Assembly (NCBI RefSeq): GCF_004010195.1
Contig: NC_057718.1
Location: 63,078,225-63,142,224, forward strand
Length of the DNA stretch: 64,000 nucleotides
Direction: 5' to 3'
From: Chiloscyllium plagiosum
Taxonomy: Eukaryota
The notes beneath the pieces are model-generated. The model did no database searches. It was not told where the DNA came from and saw only the letters and a list, made by a program, of their open reading frames with translations. The translations under genes were made by a program, and so were the position numbers. Below, in pieces: positions 41,101 through 56,100 of this stretch (positions are counted from its first letter, which is position 1; each line of letters starts with the position of its first letter).

Positions 41101-44100
41101 GGAACAGATCATTCTTTATATTGCATTAATAGAAAAACTACAATATTACAACAGAAACAGATAAAGCACATGAAATGTCACCTTATCCAGATGAGTATCA
41201 TCTCAGAACCAAAAATGTTGTCGAGGTTTCGAATCCTATCTTAGACACGATGCCGTTACACAAGTTAACTTTAAATTCAAGACTAATGGAGCCTTCAAAT
41301 CAAGAGCTCAGCTGTTTAGTCAGCAGTTTAAAAATAATGTTATAAAACAAAGTTGAGATTTTATTGCTGTAGTTTGGAACTTATGATACATAAAACAGCA
41401 TTAAGTTCGCCTGTAAATCAACAGCTGCTCTGCCTCAAAGTAATCATTAATACAAGAAGCATTCAACACATTTATGCTGAAGCAAAAACAGAAATTGCTA
41501 TAAAAGCTCAGCATGTCTGGCAGCAAGTGTAGAGAGAAATCAAGAGTTAACATTTCAGGCCCTTCCGCAGATTCCAGGGATGGCAGGACTGAGGTATGAA
41601 GACAGGCTGGTTCAGTGAGGACTACAAGATCACTTGAGTTTAGAAGAATGTATGCGCACGCGTGTGTGTGGGGGGGGGGGGGGGGATGCGGGAGATCTTA
41701 TGGAAACAAAATTCTAATAGGACTACACAGTAAATGCAGGAAAGATGTCCCCGATGACCAGTGAGCCCAGAACCAGGGTCACAGTTTAAGAATACAGGGC
41801 AGGCCATTTTGGTCTGTGAAGCAAAGAGATTTCTTCAACCAGCGAGTGGCCAGCCAATGGAATTCTCTGTCACAGAAAGCAGCAGAGGTCAAAACACAAT
41901 GTTTTCAAGGAAAAGGATATAGTTCTTGAGGCTGCAGGGATCAAAAAATGTATGGGGAGAAAGCAGAAACATGGCACTGAATTGGATAATCAGCCAGAAT
42001 AATGAATGGTGGATTAGCCTGTACCTTTTCATACTCACTATGTTTCAATCACCGATTTAGTTTTTATTAAATGAATACGCTAAATAGATTAGTATATTTG
42101 TGAAATGACGACACCAGTCACAGCAAATAATCCATTACTTTTGCCAAAAAACTTTTCTTGTTTCAAATAGTGCATAAATAGTAACCATAAATTTCATGAC
42201 ATATGGGTTGTTCCCTTAATTTACATCTTCAAACAATATCATGAACACAACTTTGAAACGTACGATTTAGATGGAGTCGATGACTTGATCATATAGCTGG
42301 AGAAAAACAGCTGACCATTAATAGATTCGAAGAACTGAAACATTCTGAAACTTTTGTGCAAAATTCAGTGTTCAAATTAAACACATAAAAAAAGTATTCT
42401 ACACAATTTTCACAAGCCAAAGTTCTGGTTCTACAAGTATTTTTAAATAATAATGCCTACAAAGTCCCTTTACATTCATTTCTAAGCAAAGGATCCAAAT
42501 TCTAAGAATGCTGACTGTCAGCAATTTCTTTTAAATATGCACTTAAAAAAATATGTTTCTTCTTTTTCCAATCTAATAAACTTACCATGCATAAACTCAA
42601 AGAGTTTATTAACAACAGTCTTTAAAAACTTCCAGTGAGCTCTCAAGAAACGTGGATACTGACCCACAATATACATGATATTCGAAGCAATGATGGCTTT
42701 GTTATCTTTACCCCTTTTCTGCTCACACAGTCCTAAAAGATCCTGTGAAGTTAACAAGAATACATATCACAATTTGAACCCAAACAAAATCTGAGATTTA
42801 GACACTAAATTCAGAAATTGTGTTTGGGAGAGAAAAATAAAACAGAAGATATATAGCAATTAACAACTTTTTTCATCAGTGGATAGGTGAGAAAACACTG
42901 TCTTCTAATTAGTTTTATTTATTCTTGGGATATGGACATCACTGACTGGGCCAGCAATTGTGCCAATCCCTAGATCCCCTTGAGATAGTGGTGATGAGGC
43001 TGCCTTCTTAAAAACGCTGGAACTGATTTGCTGAAGACCCCTACAACGCTGACAGGGAGGGAGTTCTAGGATTTTGACACAGCTACAATAAAGGTACAGC
43101 AATATACTTTCATGTCAGGACACAGTGACTTGTAGGGGAACTTGCAGGTGTTCACATGTATTTAATGCCCATATCCCTCTAAATGGAAGTGATTTTAGGT
43201 TTGGTAAGTGCTGTCTAATACAATACAACCCTACTGTTAGTTAAGTAAAATTGCTTCAAAATGTTAAGTGGATCATTAGAGTGAGGACAGAAGGAAAAAT
43301 AACATGTTTAATTATTTTCTCCATAGAATTGCTTTTAATTGTTATAATTGTCCTTGTACATGAATCACCCAGTTAGGGCCTATTGCTGGATACTGTAAAT
43401 CAGAGACAAAAATAGAAATTGCTGGAAAAGCTCAGGAGATCTGGCAGCATCTGTGGAGAGAAATCAGAGTTAGCATTAGCTCAGTTGGCTGTACAGCTGG
43501 TTTGCAATGCAGAGTGACAACAATGGAGGTTCAAGTCCCACACCAGCTGAGGTTACCATGAAGGCCCCGTTTTCTCAACTTTGCTCCTCACCTGTGGCAT
43601 TGTGACTCTCAAGTAAATCTCACCCGCAGTCACCTCTGAGACTATGGCAACTTTATGTTTTACCAAGGACAAAATAGGAACAGTCAAACTTTTGAGGAAG
43701 TACTACAAAACAACCTCGATTACCTGAGCGAGACGGGCATGGAGTATTTTGTTCAGATAATAGATAACATTTTTACGGAACCTTGAGATCTTGTTCAGAT
43801 AATCCGAAATTCAGATAATTGATGTTTGGATACCCGAGGTTGCTCTATATAAATTTACTCAGAGACAGATAGAGTAAGTACCCAGGAGAATCTTGGAGAA
43901 GTGAAAAAACTGTAGGATTTTGAATATCCCGATATTAACTGAGATCGTTTTAGTTTGAAAGGAATTGGCAGAGAATATCCCTTGTCATGCATTAAGGAGA
44001 ATTTATTTAGCATACCGTAAGACCAACAACAATAAAAGCACAGGAAGTTCTGAAGGGTCACTGGTCTCAAAAAATTGTTAACACTGCTTTCTCTCCAAAC

Positions 44101-47100
44101 CTGCTGAGTTTCTCCAGCAATTTCTGTGTTTTGTTTCAGATCTTTAGCATCTGCAGTTCTTTATTTTGGTTCAGAGAAGTTTAGGACTTAGTTTTAGGAA
44201 ATGACATTGAGCAGGTCAAAAGACTTGCCAGTGGGAGCATTTTAGTGGTAGTCCTCAAAATCCAGGTGGCTTTCACATGACTACAAAAAAGGTCAGATAG
44301 ATCAGGAGATAAGAGTCCTAAACTGGGGCAACACGAATTTTATTAAGCTGAATGATTTAGCAAGAGTTGACTGGCAACAGCTATGTGAGATAAATCAGAG
44401 TTAAAGTAATGGGGGGGGGGGGGAGGGGCACACAAATGAAGTCAAACTCAAGGTATTAATGTGAACATGCTTTCAGAAAGAAAAACAACTGAGATGGCCA
44501 AATCCAGAGACTCCTAGACTTAAAGAAACTTAAAGGCAGAGAAGGAAAGCCTATGTTTACCCACAGAACCTGATAATAGAAAATGCTGCAAGTGTAGCAT
44601 GTGGACAAGGGAAATCGAACAGCAAATTAAAGGTAGCAAAAAAAACCACAGGAAAAGACATTAGCAAGCAAATCAAAGGTAAACCCAGTAGAGGAAAACA
44701 AAAGGGAACTACAGGCCACGTAAAAGTCCAAAAAGGCAACCTTTGTAAAGAGGCAGACATTGCACAGTGCTTAATGAAAAGTTTGTATTGTCTTCACAAA
44801 GGGTGGGACCATGCAGTTAGTTCTCAGTTCTGGAGGAGTGAGAAGTATTTGACGCAATAAGCATAGGACGTGAGGAAGAATGAATGGGATGCGCATGCAC
44901 TGAAGTAGTAAATCATGGGGTTCGAATGAAATGTACACCGACCGTTAAAAGAAGTCAGGGAGAAAATAGTGAAAGATCTAACCCTTTTCCAATCCTCACA
45001 GGATACAGGTGCAGTGTCAGAGATTTGGAGGACTGACTTTGTACCTTTGTTTAAAAAGGAAGCAAGGGATAGACCCAATAAGTACAAATTAGCCAGTCTA
45101 AATTTAGTATTGGGCAAATTGTTGGAATCAATTGAGAGGGCAGATAAACTGTCATTTAGAAAGAATCAAGGATAGTCAGCTTGAACTTGACAAGGGAAGA
45201 CCATATCTGACTAACAACTGTGAAGAGGTAACAAGCAGGATTGAGGAGGCAGCGCTATTTACATAGTCCATAAAGATTATGCCAAGGCTTTTGATAAGGT
45301 CCCACATGACAGACAAGTTGAAAAGAATGCTGGGGAATGCAGCAAACTGAATACAAAATTGTCTCAGTGGTAGGAACAAAGGATGGTGGAGAAGATCAAT
45401 TTTGCAGACAAGAAATTCACTATGTGGTTGATAGCAAGGAGGGTAGCTGCAGATTGCAGGAAGATATCAGTAGACCGCTTAGGTAGACAGAGAAGTGGCA
45501 GATGAAATTAAACCTAAAAATGGGAGAAGATGCATTTGGGGTAGTCAGATAAGGCAAGATAATGCGTAACTAGTGGGGAAATATTGAGAAATGGAGGGAA
45601 GGTTAGAAATTTCAGATTAAGTGTCCATTTATACCTGAAGATAGCAGAACAGGTTAATAGATTGGTTAAAGATGGAATTAGGAATTCCTTCTTTTATCAG
45701 CTGAGGTACAGAATACCCAAGTGAAGGGAGGTTATGCTGGAACTGTATATATTATTAGTTGGGCCAAACAGGAGGACTGTGCACAGTTCCAGTAACCCCA
45801 TTACATGTAATTGCACTCCAGAAAATACAGACTAAATTTACATAAATGGTGGCATGAAGACTAGAAAAATGCAGTTATGGGGGAAGAGATTGGAGAGACT
45901 GAGATTGTTTCTCCTTAGTACAAATGGAGGTTGAGAGGTGATCTAATTGAGATGTACAAAACCTAAGGAAGCTGGACAGTGTGGACAAGAATGAACTACT
46001 TACCTTAGCACAGAGGTCAGTGACTAGCAAGTGTAGATTTAAACTGAGTGATAGAACAATTATAGGATAGATTAAGAAATGGGAAGGCAATGGCCTAGTG
46101 GCATTACTGCCAGACTATTAATCCAGAGATCTAAATGTCTGGGGACCCAGGTATGAATCCCGCCACAGCTGATGGTGGAATTTGAACTCAAAAAGAAAAT
46201 CTGGAAGAAAGAATCTATCGACCATGAAATCATTGATGACTGTCAGAAAAACACACCTGGTTCACTAATGTCCTTCAGGGAAGGAAATCTGCCATCCTCA
46301 CCAGGTCTGGTCTACATGTGACTTCAGACCCACAGCAATGTGGCTGCCTCTCTCCTGCCATCTAAAACTGCCTAGCAAGCCATTTCTGTTGTACTAATTG
46401 CTACAAAGTCTCAAAGAAATGAAACCGTACGCATTACCTGGCATTTACCGAGGCAGTAGAAAACACAATGGCAGAAACAGGGTTGTCAACCCTGCAAAGT
46501 CCTCCTCACTAACATTTGGGCTGACAGTTCTACACACACACACACACGGTGATGTCTTGTCTCACTGGTAGGTCAGACCCAGCCAAAGTGGCGGCACGGT
46601 GATATACAGTCAGGCAGGTATTGCTCTGGGAGTCCTCAACACTGATTCTGGACCCATTAAGTCTCATGACTTCAAAAGGAAAGGAAACCAAGGCAAAGAA
46701 ACCTCTTGCTGAATAACATATTCCGCCCTCCCTCAGCTAATGAATCAGTATTCCATGTTGAACACTTAGAGGAAGCACAGAGGCTGGCAAGGGCACAAAA
46801 TGCACTCTGGGTGGGGATTTTAGTGCCCACCGATAGAGCTGGTCGGGTCCTAAAGGACATAGTCGCTAGACTGGGTCTGTGGCAGGTGGTGAAGGAACCA
46901 AGAGGGCAAAACATACTTGACCTCACCCTTACTAATCTGCCAGCTGCAAATGCATCTGTCCATGATAGTATTGATAAGGGTGACTACTGAACACAGTCCT
47001 TGTGAAACAAAGTCCTGCTTTCACATTGAAAATAACCTCCATCGTGTTGTGTGGCACTATCACTACGCAAAATGGGACAGACTTCAAACAGATCTAGCAA

Positions 47101-50100
47101 CTCAAGACTGGGCATCCATGAGGCACTGTGGGCCACTAACAGCAGAATTGTACTCCAGCACAACCTGTAACCATATCCCCCACTCAACCGTTACCATCAA
47201 GCCAGGAGATCAACCCTAGTCCAATGGAGAGTGCAGGAGAGCATGCCAAGAGCTGCACCAGGCATACCCGAAGATGAGGTGTCAACCTGGTGAAGCCACC
47301 AAACAGGACTAATTGCATGCCAAACATCATGAGCAGCAAGTGATAGACACATCTAAGCAATCCCATAACCAATGGATCAAATCTAAGCTCCGCAGTCCTG
47401 CCACATCCAGTCGTGAATGGTAGTGGACGATTAAACAACCCACTGGACCTGGAGGCTCCATGAATATCTCCATCCTCAATGATTTGTTGGGCCCCTGCAT
47501 CAATGTAGAAAATGAGGCTGAAGCTTTTGCAGCAATCTTCAGCCAAAAGTGTTGAATGGATGATCCATCTCGGCATCCTCCAGGTGTCCCCAGCATTACA
47601 GATATCAGTTGAATCCACATATCAAGAAACAGTTGGAGGCACTGGATACTTAAAAGACTATGGGCCCCGATAACAGTCCAGCAATAGTACTGAAGACTTG
47701 TGCTCCAGAACTTGCCGCTCCCCTAGCCAAACTGTACCAGTATAGTTACAACACTGGCATCTACCCAACAATGTGGAAAATTGCCCAAATATGTCCTGCA
47801 CATAAAAGGCAGGACAAATCCAACCTAGCCAATTACTGCCCAATTAGACCACTCTCGCTCATCAGTAAAGTGATGGAAGGTGGCATCAGTGCTATCAAGC
47901 AGCACCTGCTCAGCAATAACATTCGGAGACGCCCAATTTGTGCTCTGCCATGGTCACTCAGCTCCTCACCTCACTACAGCCTAGGTTCAAACATGGATAA
48001 AAAGCTGAATTCCAGAGGAGAGAGTGACAGCCCTTGACACTAAGGCTGCAATCAAACAAGTGTGGCATCAAGGAGCCTCAGCAAAACTGTGATCAATGGA
48101 TATCGGGGCACTCTCCGGTGGTTAGAGTCATACCTGACATAGGAAGATGGTAGTGGTTATTGAAGGTCAATCATTCTCAGTTCCAGGACATTCTCATGGT
48201 AGTGTCCTAGGCCCAACCATCTTCAGCTGCTTCATCAATGACCTTCCCTCCATCATAAAGTTAGAATGGGGATGTTCGTCAATGATTGCATCATGTTCAG
48301 CAGCATTTGCAATTCCTCAGAACTGAAGCAGTCTGTGTCCAAAAGCAACAAGATGTGGACAATATCTTGGCTTGGGCTGACAAGGAGCAAGTAACATTCA
48401 CGACACACAAATGCCAGGCTATGACCATCACCAACGAGAGACAATCTACCACCCCTCGAATCCCATAGTGTGAGATTCAGTGATTGTAACACCATCAACA
48501 TCCCGAGAGTTATCACTGATCAGAAACTCAACTGGACTCACCCCATAAAAATGGAGTGGCTACAAGAACAGGTCATAGGCTAGAAATGCTGCAGTGAGTA
48601 ACTCACCTCCTGACTCCTCAAAACCTGTCCATCATTTACAAGGCACAAGTCAGGAATTGATGGGATACTCTACACTTGCCTGGACGAGTGCAGCGCCAAC
48701 AACACAAGAAGCTTGACACCATCTAGGATGAAGCAGCCCACTTGACTGGTACCACATCCACTCCCTGCACCACTGATGCTCAGTAGCAGTGTGTACTCTC
48801 TCTGATGCACTGCAGAAATTCACCAAAGGTCCTCAGACAGCACCTTCGAAGCTCACAACCACTTCCCTCTACGCAGCAGATATATAGGAACACCACCACT
48901 TTCAAGTTTGTCTCTAAGTCACTCACAATACTGACTTGGAATTATATCACTGTCCTTTCATGTCACTGGGTCAAAATCCTGGAATTCTCTCCCCAGTGGC
49001 ATTTTGGATCAACCTTGGCGGACTGCAGTGATTCAGAAAGGCAGCTCAGCACCACATTCTCAAGGGCAACAAAGGATGGGCAATAAATGTTGGCCAGCCA
49101 GTGACACCCACAGCCCAAAAAAGTGAATAAATAAAAAATATATTTTATCCAAAAGGGTGACAGATATCTGAAACATATTGCCTGAAAAGTAGATGAAGAA
49201 CTCTTAAGCCTTTAAAAAAGATGCCGTAACCTGCAGGATTATGTACTAAAAACTGGAACGTGGGATTAGGCTGGGCGATTCATTTTTTCAGCTGGTACAA
49301 TCACGACAGAATGGATGTAAACTGACTATAATTTTTAGGGTTTTTACAACAGTTCAGGGCATTGATAAGAAAGCACAGAATTGTGTGGTTTTGGTAGTCT
49401 TGCTCAAGAAAGGATAAATGCTCATTGGAAACAGTTAGATGGTGGCTGACTTCACTGCTTCCTGGGATGAAGAGTTTTGCTGTATGAGGAAAGTTGGAGC
49501 CTATGTTCATTGTACTTTAGAAGAACCAGAGGGAATCTGACCGAAACAAAGTTTCATTGGGACATTTTCAGGGTGCAATTGGGGGGGGGGGAACGGACCA
49601 AGTTCCTGCTGTCAATATAAATAAAGACTTTTCAATACCAATTACACAACTCCAACCACCTTGTGTTTACTTGTACTGCTTTCTTTAGTTCTATGTATTT
49701 GCTCTATCATTCTGTGCAGTGAGCACCAACAGCAAAGTCTCTGCTTTAAACATGCTTTCTTACATATACTAAGGGGCATTGCTCTCAAGTTCACATTTCT
49801 TTTCTCAAGCAACACATTGCTGACACTTCAGGAACATACTACTATTCAAAACTATCTATTCTGTGGACATCACAATTGAAGTATCAACACATGTACCAGT
49901 ATTCTGCTCAACCAATACAAACACAAACACACTGGGCATTCTGATTAGTTCTCCATGCATTAGATCTGGCAAATTTACTGGAAATAGATTGTCACAGTAT
50001 TTTGCAATCCTCACTTTATTGACATGTATGCAATTGCGTTACCCAACAAAAACAAACTTCCAACTTTCTAAATAAAGTCATTAGAAATATAACACTTACT

Positions 50101-53100
50101 TTTATTACAGTCACCAGAAATCTCTTCTCATCTTCCTCATGCATAGCGCCACTAATTGAGCCAATAGCCCAACAGAGGGTGTTCAAATTTTTCCATGACC
50201 ATTCAGTACCATTTACCTGGTTGTGAAGTTTGTCGGTCATAATACGTTCTGTATCTGCATAATCCAAATGAGTAAGGTATACTGCAAACAAAAAAAAAAT
50301 TCTAGAACAGTTTATTCTCCTTGCAGATCCACTATGAAGATAGCTTATATTTTGCTAAAAGCAACTTACAGGAATGTAGGGATAGAAATACACCACTTAT
50401 GTTCAACGCTGATCTACCATTCAATGAGATCATGGTCAATGTGCTAAATAATTTAACCTGCCCAAACTTTTCTTATATCCCTCAGCATCTTTATGCTCAA
50501 CAACCCATCAACCTCAATTTCAAAACTGACCGACTTGGCACTAACTTCCACTTGCAGAAGAGTTCCAAACTTCTACCAGACTTTGCCTGGAGGAAGTTAT
50601 TTCTAACTTTACTCAAAAGGTTTGCATCGAATATTTAAGCTATGCCCCCAGATCCCAGACTCCCCACACAGCAGAAAGTGTTTTGGTCCATTGAAAAATG
50701 TTGATACTTCATTTAAACCTTGTATAGTAAGAGCTTCAACAAACAAAAAGAGGAAGTCCTTCAAATTCTAAAATAGCTGATAAAAATGGACACTAGATGC
50801 ACAGACAGGGCTAGTGACAGCTACTCATTACAAGCTTCAAGATGCATTCATGCATGCACCCTGGGTGTCACATGCTGGATGCAATGATGTTAGCATCAGC
50901 ACATGCACAAATTGCTCCAACCTTATTTCATATTAGCTTTTAAAAGTGATGACCAATCCTATATACTGCCTCTACTTCCACTTGCATTCTCTTACATCTC
51001 CTTGAGCTACTTCAATTGTGGCTAGTTGATCCCATAAGTCTGGTATTTTGTCCCCATGTGGCACATGTTTTCCTCCTGGCTGAATATTTAAAATTAGTTA
51101 TTTAACTCTAATACAGCCTTAGTGAACAGTCTCTGTTGAACTTAGCAGTTATTAACCTTTATTCTTTCCACAGTAATTTCCAGAATACTACCTAAAAATG
51201 TGAAAAACATCCTGGGGACACTAACAATGGCCAGTTTCCAATTTAAATTTTTTTCCCACTCATTACAATTATTCTGAAAATTTCCATTGCTTCCAACTAC
51301 TGTCATCTTCCTCTGTGCTTGCGTGCTCTTTCTTCCACCGAGACATGGAATTTTAACTAGTCGCAGCAATATTAAAACATAAGTTCAGCCACAACGAGAG
51401 GGTCAGTCTGTTGGAGAGTGATACTGAGAAGTTAATAATGGGTACAAGGAATTGGCATAAATCAGAAGAGGCAAAGAGACCAAAACTGGACATAACACTT
51501 CAGTGACATATAACCAGGGCTCCATATAATTGTATTAAGATATCTTATACACACAATTTCTCTTGTAAGCCAGCATATCATTTGGATGAAATGCTTATTA
51601 TGCTTGCATGTTAATGTTCATTAACTGATGAACAAGGACCTCAACTCCCTTTGGAGGATCAAGCCCTCTTAGTCTCACACCATTTAAAAAACATTATTTC
51701 CATTTTTGCCAAAGTCGATGACTTCAGATTTCTCCATACAGTATTGTGTGTCAATTTGAGGCCCATTCACCTAGTCTCTCCAAAGCCCCTTGAATATCCT
51801 TACATCTTTTAACTCTCACTTCCATCTATTTTTGCTATCATCCACAAACTCGAAGTGTTAGTTTTTATCATATTCCCAAATATTTGACAGACTTTATAAA
51901 CAGTTGGGGATTAAGCACCAATTCTTGTAGTACCCCACTAACACGTTAACCAGAAAATGATACATTCACCCTTATTAGGCTTTTTGCCCGATGACCAGTT
52001 TTCAATATGCCAATATATTCTCCCAAACTCCATCCGTACTAATTTTGCTTACCAATCTTATGTGGGACTTTATAAAAAGCTTTCTGAAAATCTAATGCAT
52101 CATATCCACTAGTTCTCCCTTGTCAATCCTTCAAGTTACATCCTAAAAACTCCAAAAGGTTTATTAAACATGATTTCAATTTTATAGATCCATGTTGACT
52201 GTCCAATCCTAACACTGTGTCCTGTTATCACATCCCTATTACAGATTCTAGTATTTACTTTATGACTGATGTGAGGCATTAGTTCAGTTTTCTCTCTCCC
52301 TCCTTTCTTAAAGAGAGTGGGAAAGGCATCACAAAAAAATCTTACTACTCAAGGTAAGACCTCATGGTTAGTGACTGGTTCGCCAACAGGAAACAGTGAG
52401 TCAGGTTAAATGAGTCATAAAGCTGTACAGCACGGAAACAGACCCTTCAGTCCAACTTTTCCAAGCAGACCTGCTATCCTGAATTAATCTAGTCCCACTT
52501 GCCAGCATTTGGGCATATCCCTTTAAACCTTTCCTATTCATATACCCATCCAGATGTGTTTTAAAGGTTCTAATTGTGCTAGTCTCTACCACTTCCTCTT
52601 GCAGCTCATTCCATACACGCACCATTCTCTGCGTGATAAAGTTGCCTTTAGGTCCCTTTTAAATCTTTTCTCTCTCACGCTAAATCTATGCCATCTAGTT
52701 TGGGACTCCATCCCCCAGCCCCAATAAAGGCAAGCATACCAAACACCACCTTCACTATAGAGTCTACCTGCAACACTACTTTCAAGGCTCTACAAATGTG
52801 CATTCCAAAGGTCTCTTTGTTCATCAACACACCCCAGGACCTGACCATTAAATGTATAAGTCCAGCCCGATTTGCCTTTCCAAAATGCAGCACCTCACAT
52901 TTATCCACTCCTCGGCTCAATGATCATCTGATCAAGATCCCATGGTACTGAGATAACATTCTTTGCTGTCCACTACACAACCAATTTTGGTGTCATCAGC
53001 AAACTTACTAACCACACTTCCAAAAGGTATCCTCCACCACCAGCCTCCCTCTTCTCACGTCGAGCCAGTTCCGTATTCAAATGGATAGTTCTCCCTATAT

Positions 53101-56100
53101 TCCATGTGATTTAACTTTCCTACCCAGTCTACCATACAGAATCTAGTCAAATGCCTAGGTGAGATCTGTATAGATCATACCCAAAACGGAGTCATTTTCA
53201 AACTGAAGAATTGTAACTAGTAGAATTACAGATGGATTTACGAGGAGGCCTCAACTACCTACAATCAAAATACCAAATCTTCAAAGGAACAACCTATTTG
53301 CTGATGGTCAATGTTTGAGTTCTGACTAAATTACAAGCATGTACAAAAAAAAAGGTGACCTCCAGAGGTGAAGGGAGAGTGACAGCCCTTCATCTCAAGG
53401 CAGCATGCGACTAAATGTGTCATCAAGGAGTCCTACGAAAACTGAGCTCATGAAGATCAAGGGACAACTCTGCTGGGTGGAAGTCATAAGACGACAACTG
53501 TGGTTGCTGGAAATCAATAGTCTCAGCCCCAGGAATTCCTCCAAGAAGTGTCCTAGAACCATACATTAGCTACTTCATCAAATTATCCTCCCTCCAACCC
53601 AAGACTGGATATTTGCATAACAATCAGCTTATTCACATTTGTGATGTTGAAAACGTCTATATCGATTTTCAGGAAGACCTGGACAACATCCAGGCTTGGT
53701 GTGATTAATGTCAAGTAACATACTTGTCTCAAGTTCATGTAATAACTATTTCCAAAAAGAGAAACTATCATTCCTAGGCATTCAATGGCTTTATCATTGA
53801 TGAATTCCTCACTATCAACATCCTAAGGGGTTTTTACATGGTAATGACAAAGACGTGACAGAGGAGTGGCCAGTGCTTGGAATGGGAATCTACCAGGTAA
53901 GACAGTGGAATAGCTATGATGGAGCTTCTGGGGGTGATTCAGGAGGCATAGCAAAAATGCATCCAAGGAAGAAGAAATGCACTAAGGGGAGGCAACAAAG
54001 GCTGACAAGGGAAGTCAGTAAAGGCATACAATATGCTCAATCTTAGAGGAAAGTTAGGGTCTTTAAAAAAAAACTAGCAGAGGATAATTCACAAAGCAAT
54101 AAGGGGAGAGGAAACAAAACATGAGAGTGAGCTAGTTAGTAATACAAAGGAAGATTGCAAGTTTTTTTAGGTATCTAAAAAGTAATAGAGAGGCAAGAAT
54201 GGACAATGGACTGGTGGAAAATGAAGCCAGAGTAGTAATAGGAAATAAAATGGCAGAGGGCCAGAATAGGTACTTTGTTTCAGTTTTCACAGTGGAAGAT
54301 ACCAGCAGCTTATCGTACTCCAAGCAAGCCGGGGGCAGAGGCGAGTATAGCGGCCATCGCTAAGGAGAAGGTTCTGGGGAAGCTGAAAAGTCTGAAGGTG
54401 ATACATCACCCGGACCAGTGTTCTGAAGGAGACAGCTGAGGAGATTGCAAATGCACCTTTCAGGAATCACTGGAGTGAGGGAGAGTATCAGAGGACTGGA
54501 AAATAGTTAATGTATCACCCCAGTTTATGGGAGGGAGGCAGAAGACAGGAAATCACAGGCCGGTTAGCCTAACCTGTCATTGGTAAGATTTTAAGAGTCG
54601 ATTATTAAGGATGAGATTGCAGAGTGCTTGCATGTGCGTGACAAAATAGGTCTGAGTCTGCATGGCTTCATCAAGGGGAGGTCAAGCCGAACAAATCTGA
54701 TAGAATTCCGAAGAGGTTAGACAAGTTTGACAACTAAGAGCCAGTGAACACGCTCTATTTGGATTTCAAGGCCTTTGACAAGGAGCTGCCATGAGGACGC
54801 TAAATAAGAGCTCATGGTGTTAGGGACAAGTATTGACCTAGATTGGCGATTGGCTGACTGGCAGAAGGCAGACAGTACGAATAAAGAGGTCCTTATCAGG
54901 GTGATAGCTGGTGACTAGTGAAGTTCCATAGGGGTCAGTGTTGGGACCATAGCAGTTCATGTTATAAATTAACTATCTGGACAAAGGAACAAAGGCAGTG
55001 TTGCCAAGCTTGCAAACGACACAAAAGATACGTGGAAGAATGGGCAGGGCTGCGGAAGAGGAAAGGCTGCAAAAAAGACTTGTTCAGGATAGGAGAGCAG
55101 GCAAAGCAGTTACAAATGAATACCTATGGTAAAGTGCGAAGTTAAGAGACTTCAGTGAATCCTGAACTAGGACCTCCAAGGTTAACATGCAGGTTCAGTT
55201 GAGTTAGGAAGGCAAATGTAATGTTTGCATTCATTTCAAGAGGGTTTGAGCAGAGATGTATTGTTGAGGCTGTATCAGGCTCTAGTCAGCCTGTATTTGG
55301 AATATTAAGCGCAGTTTGGACCCAGTACTGAAGGAAAGAAGTGCTGGTGCTGGAGGGGGGTCCAAAGGAGGTTTATGAGAATGATCTCAGGGATGAAGAG
55401 CTTGTCATACGAGCAGTTGAGAAGTCTAGGTCTGTACTCAATGGAGTTTAGAAGGATATGGGAGGGGTATCTGATTGAAGCTTACAGAATACCCACAGGC
55501 ATGGATTGAGTGAACGTAGAGACGATGTTTCCACTTATAGGCGACTAGGACCAAAGGGCAAAGCCATAGAGTTAAGGTTTGGAGGTGGAATCTCTTCAGC
55601 CAGAGGATGGTTAATCTGCGGAATTACTGGGCGCTATGGAGGCCAACACATGTAGTATACCAGACAGATAGATAGATTCTTGACTGGCAAGTGGATAATG
55701 GGTACAGGGAGAAGGCTGGAGAATGGGGGGCTTGAAACACATCAGCCATGATCAAATGGCTGAGCAATTTCTGCTGAATGGTCTAATCCTGCTCCTATGT
55801 CTTATGGTCAGTGGCTAGAAACTGTGCCATCCATATCAATCCTGTGGCTCCAAGAGCAGGTCAGAGGCTAGAAATTCTGTGACATGTAATTCACCTCAGT
55901 ATCCCATCCTGTCTACCATCTGCATGATTGGAAGTCATGCCATCAGGTTACAATCCAACAGGTTTATTTGAAATCACATACTTTCAGAATGCTATTCCTT
56001 TGTCAGGTCACCTTAAGTTGCGACAATGAAATTGTGTGATTTCAAATAAACCTGGTGTCGTGTGACTTCTGACCTTGTCCGCCCCAGTCCAATAATGACA

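Noticed and set aside
46091..46165. Possible tRNA gene (also 43477-43540)
   Set aside because: A/B boxes are present but no cloverleaf is evident, and the sequence continues into SINE/LINE body
497..49591. Long poly-G runs (497, 2349, 5067, 41670, 44411, 49581) as G-quadruplex elements
   Set aside because: All lie in or beside decayed repeats, most at G-rich positions of those elements; slippage or homopolymer-length error explains them
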